The notes beneath the pieces were generated by a model. That model saw only the letters and a list, made by a program, of their open reading frames with translations. It was not told the origin of the DNA and made no database searches. 64,000 nt of DNA from Chrysomallon squamiferum (taxonomy: Eukaryota > Animalia > Mollusca), in assembly GCA_012295275.1 (NCBI GenBank), contig CM022665.1:36022001-36086000 (forward strand). Direction: 5' to 3'. Numbering within the stretch: position 1 is the first letter of the stretch; the number at the start of each line of letters is the position of its first letter. Of the stretch, positions 1 to 11,894 are shown piece after piece. The position numbers were made by a program, and so were the translations under genes.

Positions 1-1263
1 AACCACAGCTGTATTTCTAAATACAAAAAACTACTGAAAAATAGATTAAGCGGATACAATATTACGGTTACAATTTATTTAATCTATATTAACTCTTTCT
101 ATCATAATCTCAAAAGCAACACACTTAATTCCAACTGATGGAAAGGAGAAATGACAAGCAGGGACATTATTAAATTAAATGTTTTAAATTTAAAAAGTGG
201 TATAACTGGGAAAATCAATAATGTTACACTGCCCGTGATATTATTGATATTTTGGTTGATTATGCAGATGTGTTACTGATATTATACTGTTGTAATATTT
301 AGAAGACTTTTATTCTGTTTAGTTAGAAAATATGGCAGACGTGTTAGAGATTAGCTGCTCCAACATCTTTAACAGACTTGCCAGTTATCTATGGCCTAAT
401 TAATCCTAGCAGTGGAAACTAGTAACAGGTCTGCTGTTTATCTGTTAATAAAGTTAATTGATTTAGTTCCTGCTTTGCCAAACTTCCTTTTTCTTCAACT
501 GGATATCTATTTTAAGAAGTAAATAGATCCCAAAATAACAAACAAATCAACATACATTTAGTTTTTGGATTACACTAAATGGATTACGGGAATTACTTGT
601 AGCTTATTTCATAGAACCCATCATTCTTCCACCCTGGTGGGTCTCCAGTGGTTGAGCATCATCTCTCAAGTTTCTGTTGTGGACTGTCACATGACAGAAT
701 TAGCATTTAACTGGGATTAGGCCCACTTCCTACATTCTGGCCTTGACTTCACCCCTTGACCAATCCAGCCTGGGAATCTCTACCAGGAGCTGTCGTTATT
801 GCTGTATATCTCTCTGGTAATTAGACATTGAAGTTACCTCTCCACATAATAAACACTCATCTACACTCAAAATTCTAAACAGAAACATACAGACACAACA
901 CTCCATGTGTACCACACACAAAACACAACACAAACACAAACGAGATGCATGATGCTCATACATGAACACTAACACACATTCAGATACATGCACACATCAG
1001 CAAATAAAGCAAATATACACACACATACACAACAACCAAACACCAGATACAAGTAAACCAAAGCGAAACACAGTGTCGTTTGTGTGATGCTCGATCTATT
1101 ATTTGTCATACAAACAAACAAAGAAATAAAATAATACAAGTTAATTTTCACAATTCTAATATGCGTTTATGTGATTTCTTTTCATTCATAATCCTATGTT
1201 CTTTATTTAGCAGATGAAGAACATTATCTGCAAATGAAAGATTTCAGATGTGACCAAAACATT

Positions 1264-3179
1264 ACAAGGATGGCTTGCCCAAATGAAAATGATATTTGAT
1301 TTGTATTTACTCATGTAAGACTTAAAAAAATATTATAATAATAACAGTAGGAGTAGTCGTGATTGTAATGATAATAATAATCATAATAATAAAAACAGTT
1401 TCTATGGACAGAACTAAATTATAAACCTTAACTATTCAGAACTTGTTCTTGTAAAACATGTTAAACTTGACATGTTCAGTATCAAAATGTTTTTTTTATA
1501 ATTCTTATTTGTTTATTCATAATTATGTTCTTATATCATCTAAAATTTCATACATTGCTTCTTCATCTTTCAGAATCAGCAGTAAACAGTGCCTTGAAAA
1601 CTGGAAGATTCAACTGAGGATTTAGTGGATAGAATTTGACATCCATAGCAACAGGTACAGAAACAAAATGTTTTTCTAGAAGTAATGATGCAATAAATAT
1701 TTAGTTAAATTAAGATGAATAAATAAAAGGAAACAAAATAACAAAAATAACTCATCTGTCAACTAAAACTCTTCTTGTAGAAACTTGTATAGTTTGAAAA
1801 AATTAATTTCCTTTATTAAGAGTAATTATACATGACTGAATATAGACAGAGTATTTGAATGTTTTCATAGGATCACCAAACAGTAGTTTCCTTCAGAAAC
1901 TTGAGCATTCAATTATTAAGTCAACAGGATTAAGTTAATAGAAAAACATTACAAATCAGTTAGACTAATATACTTCATAACACACATAAAACAGGCTGAC
2001 ACCATGTAGATGACATATACTAAATATGGAATCAAAACATAAACCACGTACCCTAGACATACTTGAAAACCAACCACACTGTTACAGGAACACCACTAGC
2101 TGGAACAAATACTTCTCATCACTGTAAGTTTCCTTAAGTGCAAATCATTTATCCTTTAGGTCTTAAGGCCACACTTCTTTCCTCTGTTTCTGGTAACAAG
2201 GATGACTAGCATTAGTGAAAATGATTTTTGATTTATAATTACTCATGTCAGACTTAATAAAAGTTTTATTATAATAACAGTGGTAGCAGAAGTAATAATC
2301 ATGTTTATAATGATAATAATAATCATAATAAAAAGAGATTATATGGAGAGAACTAAATTATAAATCTTAACTATTCAGGACTTGTTCTTGTAAAAGATAT
2401 TAAACTTGATATGTTTAGTATGAAGATATTTTGTTATTATTCTTATTTGTTAATTTGTAATTATGTTCTTATATTTTCTAAAATTTCATACATTACTTCT
2501 TCGTCTTTCAGAATCAGCAGTAAACAGTGCCTTGTAAACTGGAAGATTCAATTGAGAATTTAGTGGAGAGAATTTGACATCTACAGCAACAGAAACAGAA
2601 ACAAAATGTTTTTGTAGAAGTACTGATGCAATAAATATTTAGTTAAATTATAATGAATAAATAAAAGGAAACAAAATAACAAAAATAACTCATCTGTCAA
2701 CTAAAACTATTCTGGTAGAAACTTGTATAGTTTGAAAAAATTAATTTCCTTTATTAACAGTAATTGTACATAACTGAATATAGACAGAGTATTTAAATTT
2801 TTCATAGCATCACAAACAGCAGTTTACTTTGGAAACTTGAGCATTCATTTATTAACAGGATTAAGTTTACGGAAAAATCAGAAAACAATACAAATCATTT
2901 AGACCACATACACTTCATCACACACATAAAAGAGACTGACATCATATAGATGATATATACTAAATCTAGAATGACAACATAAACCACGTAAAAGGAAACA
3001 AAATAACAAAAATAAGTCATCTGGCAACTGAAACTCTTCTTGTAGAAATTTGTACAGTTGGAAATAAACAAAATTAATTTCCTTTATTAAGAGTAATTAC
3101 ACATGACTGAATGTAGACAGGGTATTTAAATTTTTCATAGGATCACCAAACAGTAGTTTCCTTTAGAAACCTCAGCATT
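1264..3179. repeat. Local tandem duplication, ~930 bp period, two long copies plus a partial third
   Basis: 1264-2050 matches 2196-2990 (both end aaaccacgta); 2991-3179 repeats 1726-1909. Confidence 0.92.
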
Positions 3180-3207
3180 GCTTCTACAGTGAATATAGGC
3201 TTAGGTC

Positions 3208-3238
<31 letters not shown>

Positions 3239-3353
3239 TATTCAAATAGTATCAGGGACTAATGATAAATCCCAATTACAAGCTAGTACCAAACATGTTT
3301 ATGTTTTGAAAAAAAAAAATATATATATATATTTTTGGTTATAATCTCCAAAA

Positions 3354-6193
3354 GGGTCATTCCGTGTCAAATCACCCAAAAAAAAAAGAAATTTAAACCC
3401 GACCGTCTCAGATTTTTATAAAACTTGGTATACTTGTTGACTGGGATCCCACAGCACCAAATCTGACATTTTAGCTCAATCAGACCAGTGGTGTGGGAGA
3501 TACGGCCCTCGGAATTTTGAGATTTTTGCCAAAAATGGGTGTGACCACCAACCTTAGAACCCTCATATCTCAGGAACTACTGGGCCAATCTTCATAAAAT
3601 TGGTATTGTCAGAAAGGCAAAATGACAAGGATACCAAATCTGCCATTTTTGTTTAGTTTGGAAAATATTGGAGTACCTTGACCTTTTGACCTTTGCTATG
3701 ACCTTGAAATTGACCGTGTGGATCACGTGATTTTGAGATGACCTTTATTGAAATTTAATCTCCTACATGTTAACTAAAACATATAAAAGTTTCCTGGGTG
3801 TAATATTTTTTGTTTAGCCACAATATAGATTTAAAAAATGCACATACCTGAAAATAACACGTTTACAGCCATTAACATCTGATTAACTAAAACCTGAATG
3901 ATCAATTCTGGATGCTAGGGATCACCATCTTTCTTGATCATCTAGTAAGACATTGAAGGCCTACATGTATGTATAAAGTTCACATAAATTTGAGAGAACT
4001 AGGTGTTTCTGATGCTTAACCTTCTCACTATGTTTGTTTCAAATGCTCACTGTATCCTTCATTCCCAGACACATTCTACTGTTCTCATCACTTTCATAAA
4101 ATTGGATTATTTCCTCCTTCAATTCATTGTCCTTTCAATGGTAAAGGGTGACAAAATCAAGATTTGCACACGCTCTGGATAGGATTCAGACATTAAGATG
4201 TCATTTTAATGTTACTGTAGCTGATGCTAGTTTTTTCTGTCCTTTCATTCATTTACTGGAATGTGCTAGTGAATGGAGTTTGACAGGCGTTTCGCCTAAA
4301 CTCAACAGAATGTAATTCAAATCAAAGTCCTTTTCTGGGGAAACAACAACCAGCGGTTTGTCTGGCAAGTTATCACCAAATTCTCCCATTGTAGTACCAC
4401 CCATACTAAAGCCATCCTCTGCAGGACCTTTGATTTCTGAAGGGTAATCAGACAGTCACAGCACAACTTGTTCTCTCCTGACACTAGTGTCTTTGGAGGA
4501 TTTACTAAGCATTTGTAAGTGCCCATGCTAACAATTCTTAAAGATCTAGTGCGTGCTTGCTCAGGGTGGCGATTAAGGGGATCACAACAGTTTTTCTGCG
4601 ATGTTGAAAATTTGATGAAAAGTTCTTGTTCATGATACTCTTGATGTCCTGTGTTTTGATCCCACTTCAAAGAGTGAGGAGTTCGAGTTCCTCAGTTTTC
4701 CATACACTTCGCAACAACTCCTTTTTGATATGATGGTGTTGATAACACACATTTTTAGGAGAGTTAAAGCTGCAGTTAGCTCTGGAAGAAATAAGGATTT
4801 TCAGTATTGTTCAATAGAACAAAGTCAGTGCTTTCCTAAATATTAAATCAAATCCTGAAACCCTTTCAGTAAAGTTAAGCAGGTCATAAAATGGCAGCAG
4901 AGTACATGTGTTATTGCCAAAGGCCCACAAGTCTTAGGCATTTATGTCAATCTTCTCAAGTATAAATCACAGTTTATTAAGGTGAAGTAGACCTTATTCA
5001 TAATCTGTGCCGAAGACTTGGTGTACAAATACATTATGCAGTACATCACTTGATGACATCTGATTTCAGACTGGGTTGTACTGTTGACTGAAACCTTGTT
5101 CAAAACCAATGGCAAGGCCCACATGACATGATAAAATTACTTAACAGGTTTTATGAAATAAAAATATTGTTTATATATCAACATCTGACATTGTGTCCAA
5201 CTTAAAAAAGCTTCAGATTGTCAAAGAAATGCAGATGAAGAAACTTCTTTGTCTTAAACTTCAAATTGCCATGTGCTCAATGGGGATTGCACCAGGGAAT
5301 CTAAAGGAGTTCCTGACCTGCCTGAAGCATGACTTCCTGTTAACCCTTTGAGCCTGATTGTGTAGAACATGTCATGCCATTTGGCATCTTTTCATATCCT
5401 TCAGGCATTCCTTCAGACATGTCAGGTGGGTTTTAACTCCAAAGATGAGTTTTTAGTCTCAGAGAAAATGTACAATTGTAATGCATTGTATCAATCATCC
5501 ATGCAGGTATGCATTTTTTTAAATCTCTATTAAGGCTAAACAAAAAATATTATACCCAGGAAACTTTTATATGTGAACTTTATGCATACATGTAGGCCTA
5601 CAATGTCTTACTCAATGATCAAGAGAGATGGTGATTCTTAGCATCCAGAATTGATCATTCAGGTTTTAGTCAATCAGATGTTAATGGCTGAAAAGGTGTT
5701 ATTTTCAGGTATGTGCATTTTTTAAATCTATATTGTGGCTAAACAAAAAATATTACACCCAGGAAACTTTTATATGTTTTAGTTAACATGTGGGAGATTA
5801 AATTTCAATAAAGGTCATCTCAAGATCACGTGATCCACACGGTCAATTTCAAGGTCATAGCAAAGGTCAAAAGGTCAAGGTACTCCAATATTTTCCAAAC
5901 TAAACAAAATTGGCAGATTTGGTATCCTTGTCATTTTGCCTTTCTAACAATACCAATTTTGTGAAGATTGGCCCAGTAGTTCCTGAGATATGAGGGTTCT
6001 AAGGTTGGTGGTCACACCCATTTTTGGCAAAAATCTCAAAATTCCGTGGGCCGTATCTCCCACACCACTGGTCTGATTGAGCTAAAATGTCAGATTTGGT
6101 GCTGTGGGATCCCAGTCAACAAGTATACCAAGTTTCATAAAAATCTGAGACGGTCGGGTTTAAACCATTGGGTGATTTGACACGGAATGACCC
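3354..6193 (-). mobile_element. Non-autonomous long-TIR DNA transposon, Sola2-like
   Basis: Left end GGGTCATTCCGTGTCAAATCACCCAA, with its exact reverse complement at the right end. Inverted arms 3354-3986 and 5570-6193 are near-identical; AAAA flanks both ends (3350-3353, 6194-6197); degenerate transposase inside. GRG termini, 4-bp TSD and long TIRs match the Sola2 description as I recall it. Confidence 0.85.
3965..4781 (-). pseudogene. Degraded N-terminal part of a transposase (Sola2-type)
   Basis: Fragments with stops and frameshifts: SQKNCCDPLNRH...LRIVS...GENKLCCDC; LLSLGETPVKLHS; ERVQILILSP; FYESDENSRMCLGMKDTVS...HQKHLVLSNLCELY. No catalytic domain remains. Confidence 0.7.
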
Positions 6194-6918
6194 AAAAGCA
6201 AAAATACCAGGAATTAAACATGCAAGTCAATTTCTGAACCCTAGTTGTTTGTCAGGCCAGTTGCCAATATTCAACTAAGAGTTAAACACTACTGAAATGG
6301 GAGAGTTATTACGACGAAGCTTGTGATGTAAAGAATCTAAATATTTGAACCTCATTATCAACCTCCCACCAAAATGGCTTATGTCCTGATTTGTTGTGTA
6401 ATATTTAAAAAATTATGCATAGCTCTTCGTACAGACCATTTTATTAACACTTTTGATTCTGTCGTGGTATTCTTTAAAGTAGTATTTTACTCTTTAGTAA
6501 GAAGTATAAACTGTCAAACTGGCTAATGTAAATGATAAAAAATCTGAGATAAAAACCAGGAACTCAAGCAATATTATGTAACGTCAATGAAATAGTCTAC
6601 TTTCGACAGTTATAATCATGCATTAGATTTATATTTAAATGAATACACAAAAAAAATAATTGTTATTTATGGACTTTTTAAGATGTTTAAAAAAAGGGGT
6701 CAATAATGATTGGCACGATGCAGATGTGGCACAGTGTTGGGTGCTTATTACTGTTGTCTGTTTTCACATACCTCTCTAAAAAACACTGGACAAAATGTTC
6801 TTTTGCACAAAGTACTTGTGAGGAAAATGAAGAATGACATTTTAACATTTTCTTGAAATTTATGGAAGTAATTATGTTATATGTTAATCAGTTTTCAGAA
6901 ACTTCTGGAACCATCAAG

Positions 6919-6996
6919 TTAGGGTCCGGGTCAGGGATAGCGTTAGGGTTAGGGTTCAGATTTTAGGGTTAGGGTACGATTATAGTTAGGGTAGGG
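6919..6996. repeat. Short degenerate (TTAGGG)n tract, opposite orientation to the long array
   Basis: ttagggtccgggtcagggatagcgttagggttagggttcag...ttagggtaggg. Confidence 0.85.
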
Positions 6997-7509
6997 AATA
7001 CTACATTATTATTAGCTTGATTCTTATTTAGAGCTAATATTAGACAATGTAAACTACATTTAAATATGACTGTTGAGAACTAATTGTTTTTCTTAGCTTC
7101 TACAAACACTTTGATTTTACATGGTACAGCTGGGTTTACTCAGATGGTAAAGCATCTTTTCCTCCAACAGCTGAAGTAGGAATGTCATCACACGTAAAAA
7201 TGAGAAACATTTAATTTCTTTAAAGTTCAACATTACAAAAATAAATTATTTTACAATGTCTAATACGGTATAGTAAAATCCAGAGAATATGTGGACATAC
7301 CCTGCACATACAAATACGCATTAATACACACAAACTCTGATTCATACTGTGCACTTTGCACTCGGTACAAAAAGTAGTACTTTGTCCGTGTAAGATCCTG
7401 TAACAGTTCTTGTGAAATGTTATTATTTGCAAAGGTTTCAAAGTAACTCATGGCAACATCAAATTCGTCATGTTGGGAAATATATAAAGGACTTTTTTGT
7501 TGTTTATAT

Positions 7510-7540
<31 letters not shown>

Positions 7541-7644
7541 TGTTACTATGGCTTGCAATCCTATGTTAATATGTTTATTCTGGGGCGGTCTTTCTGACCC
7601 AATAGATAAAAACACCTACTTAGACCTTATTATATAATAACATA

Positions 7645-8786
7645 TAACCCTAAACCTAAACCTAACCCTAACCCTAAACCCGGAACCCTAAACCTTAAAC
7701 TCTAACCCAAACACTAACCCTGACTAAGCGTAACCCTAACCTAATCTTAAACCTAACCCTAACCCTAACTTTAACCTAACCCTAACCCTAACTAAAATAA
7801 CACTAACCCTAACCCTAATCCTATCCCTATCCCTATCCCTATCCCTATCCGTAACCCTAACCCTATCCCTATCCCTAAACCTTAACCTAACCTAACCATA
7901 ACCCCTAATCGTAACCCTAACCTAACCTGAACCTAAACCTAACCCTAATCCTAACGCTAAACCTGAACCTAAACCCTAACCCTATCCCTAACCCTAAAGC
8001 TAACCCTAACCCTAAACTTAAATCCTAACCCTAACCCTAACCTAACCCTGACTAACCCTAACCCTAATCAATCGCTAACCCTATCCCTAACCCTAACCCT
8101 ATCCTTACCCCTAAACCAAACCGTAACCCAAACCTAACCCTAACCCTAAGCAAACCCTAACCCTAACCTTAATGCTATTCCTAACCCTAACCATTACCTT
8201 AACCCTAATACTAACATTAACCCAAACCCAAACCCTAACCTAACCCCAACACGACCCGACCAACCCAACCCAACGCAAACCCAACCATATCCCTAACGCT
8301 AACAGAACCCTAACCCTAACACTAACACTAACCACTAACCACTAACCACTAACCCCAACCCAACCCTAACTCTAACGCTAACCCTAACCCTAACCCTAAC
8401 GCTATCCCTGACCCTAACCCTAACCCTAATCCTGAACCCTAACCCTGAACCTTAACCCTAACCATGACCCTAACACTAAACCTGACCCTAACGGTATCCC
8501 TGACCTTAACCGTAGACCCTAACCCTAATGCTAACCCGGATCCTTAGGATATCCCTGACCCTAATCCTAAAGCTAACCTGAACCTAAACCCTAACCATAA
8601 CCCTATCCCTAATCCTAACCCTAACGCTATCCCTGGCCATAACCCTAACCCTAACGGTATCCCTACTCTTAACCCTAACCCTAACTCTAACCCTAACCTT
8701 AACACTAAACACTAACTCTAACCCTAACCCTAACGCTAACCCTGACCCTAATGCTATCCCTGACCCTAACCATTATCCTAACCCTA
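7645..8786. repeat. Degenerate interstitial telomere-like (CCCTAA)n array, ~1.14 kb
   Basis: CCCTAA units mixed with CCCTAT, CCCTGA, CGCTAA, CCTAA and CCCAA variants. Confidence 0.95.
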
Positions 8787-8815
8787 TATATATATATATA
8801 AAGATGGGGTTGGGT

Positions 8816-8857
8816 CACTGATGATAGACAAAATATATAATTTGTCTATTATCAGTG
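8816..8857. other. Palindrome/hairpin bounding the telomere-like array
   Basis: cactgatgatagacaaa-atatataa-tttgtctattatcagtg: 17 bp arms with one mismatch. Confidence 0.85.
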
Positions 8858-9002
8858 TGTTTGTTTTCATTCCCCCAAATCTTGCTTTGAAAATAAATGA
8901 AACTGTGATTGCTTGTGGCCACGAAATATGCATGTCATTGTACAGTTAACAGTTGGAATGCTGTTTATTATTATTGAAATTGTTATTATAGAGATTACAA
9001 AC

Positions 9003-9037
<35 letters not shown>

Positions 9038-9652
9038 CAGGCATCCAGATATTGTTAAACTGTACTGTTATGTATTTATTCTTCGTTATTAAGACAGAAC
9101 GCAGAAGGAGGGAAAACAAAAACTTAATTTGGAAGTATGCAGTATAACTATTATTTTAGACTATTTCTTCGTAAACTCTAAATCGATAACAGATTCAAAG
9201 ATACACATTGAAGAGAGGCAGTGAAAAAGGGTTGAAATTAGATTTGTTTAAACGATAAAATTTCGGAGGTTCTAACAGAATCCAACATTAAAACACTGAA
9301 CAATAATCTGATTTCCGAGCACACATCTTCATAATTCTAATAACATCTTTCTGCACTATTACAAACAGGCGAGATTAATGAATAATCATGAAGACGACTT
9401 ACAAAATTAATTGGTTAGCTTTAGTGACATGGTATTAATGGCATACTCCCATGGTAATATCTAGTCAATAGATTTCTAGAGATATCAGTAAATATTTGAA
9501 TTAATAATATTCTGTAACTTCCACATTCAAAACATAATCCAGAGATCGCCACTTTCATGACAAGCATGTGTTTGTGTAGAATAATGAACATATGTTGATC
9601 TTTCAGATGTATGCGTTAAGAATTTGGTTGTTCTTTCACAGGCAAGTGATTT

Positions 9653-10571
9653 ATTTATTTGTATTGTTTTTCTCGAGACATATTTATTTCAAAGTTATTA
9701 ATTTTAATTTATGATAAAAATCTTAATAATAATAACCATAATAATAATAATATAAATTAATTTATTTATTAGCATTGGATAATAGCTAAACTGTTTTTAG
9801 AAGATACAAAAAAATAATAACTAAATAAGTTAACAAAAAAAGTTTAAAACAGAGGCAGAATGTAGTAATAAATACACAAGCTTTCTATCAGAATTAACTC
9901 ATAGGGGAGGCTGATCTACATTTTCGGAAAGAAATATTCCTAATTTTTATTCATTTTATGTTCACTTCTGAAGATAAAGATAAAACAGAAGTGTTCACAG
10001 AATGATAGACGTTTGATACAAACCAGGAATAGAAGACGTAGTGAAACCTTTCAGTCAATTCTGCTAACTTGTTATCATCACCCTATACCCTATACTACAT
10101 GCAGCATTTATCTCTCACACAGTTTGTATTATGTTTTCATCGACCTCAATAAACAAAATAAAAATACCCCCAACGATCGCTATGTAGTCCCAATGAAAAT
10201 AATCGCATACCGTTAACCAAAGGCTTCGCTTCTGAAAGTCGTTAGAACTGCTTATTCTTGCTGTTAGCCGCTTAAATCAAAATGAACACCAAAAATGTAG
10301 CTGAACAAAGGAAGTGTAAGATCATACTTGTAGTCAGAAAGTTAATTAATTAAAAGAACACTCGGCGTAAGATAAGATTTATTATTTATTACACAACATT
10401 ATGGCAACGTAACACTGTTTCTGTATTTAGCACTTTTTTTCATTTATTTGTATTGTTTTTCTCGAGACATTTATTTTTAGGTATTCATTTTTATTTTATG
10501 ATAAAAAACTTAATAATAATAACAATAATAATGCAATAATAATAGTAGTAGTAGTAGTAGTAGTAGTAGCA

Positions 10572-10610
<39 letters not shown>

Positions 10611-10708
10611 TAAATTAATATATTTATTAACACTGGATAATAGCTAAACTGTTTTTAGAAGATACAACATAATAATAGATAAATAAATAAACAAAAAAGT
10701 TTAAAACA
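9653..10708. repeat. Pair of diverged direct repeats (9653-9851 and 10442-10708)
   Basis: Shared blocks gtattgtttttctcgagacat and ggataatagctaaactgtttttagaagatacaa; internal (AAT)n differs in length. Confidence 0.85.
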
Positions 10709-11116
10709 AATGTCCAGTCTACCATCAAATGCGTCAGTACTATATATTGTAATTAGCGCCTTCTTTCTTTAATAACAAATATTGAATAAGGTTCCTGAAT
10801 ATTTAATGTGACTTTGAATATCAAAATGCATTCAGTCAAAGTATTATATTTTTGAGTAGCAAAAACCTTTCAGATGTTCCTTTGAGAGTATCCCTGCGTG
10901 AATGCTAACAGTAAAATGGGTGTAATATTCATCTGTACATATTCACATTGTAAATACTAAAACGCAAGAACATCATGAAGGAGAGCATAGATCATAAATC
11001 TTAATCAGATAAAGTGCTCGTAAAATTAAAAAAATACACTGACGCTCACGTGCGCTTGTCTGTTTGAAGTGCATTTTAGCATTAAAGACATAATAAAATA
11101 CATATAAAATAAATAA

Positions 11117-11199
<83 letters not shown>

Positions 11200-11859
11200 A
11201 TAAAATGCATAATAACATTTTTAATTTTTAATTTTATTATTTATTCAACTTTAGCTGTGGCAATACGAACTAATGGTCTTATAAAATTCATTATACTTCT
11301 AAAATTATTATAAAATTCACGTGGGTGTTACCATCAAAAGCATAATAAACAAATATATATATATATATATTAAAGTATACGTGTGACAGTATGAATAAAT
11401 GGTCTAATCAAATTCATTATGCTCTAAAATTATTATACTGTTTTTGGCGACCTATCATTGCTCATAAAAAAGTGTTATAGTAAAACAATACTGTTACAAA
11501 ACATTTGCACGCCGGCATTTTGCTATTTTACATTTGAAGTAGAGACGTATACGGAGGACTGATTGTTATTCATTTATTTTTCTGACGCTAGAAGAAATTT
11601 GACTACAAAAACATGCAGCATCGAAATATTTTAAAACTGCTCTTTCTTTCTCTTTTTTTATGTTTTTTTATTTTCTTACACTGTCAGTTAAGACTGAAAA
11701 TGAGGAAACAACTTGGAAGAATGCAGAATATATTTAGACTGTTTGTTCATTGCTCTACAGGTTCACTTTAATATTATATCTGGAGGAAATTAGTATAAAT
11801 ATTGAAAAGCAAAAATCTTTTTTGTTTCTGTATGATGGCTGAAAATATTAAAGTTCATT

Positions 11860-11894
<35 letters not shown>

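Noticed and set aside
1-800. Degenerate LINE reverse transcriptase (YAD-like text near 260)
   Set aside because: Suggestive motifs can be read on either strand with many stops; not supportable without a profile search
7645-8786. A true chromosome-end telomere
   Set aside because: Highly degenerate, with ordinary sequence on both sides
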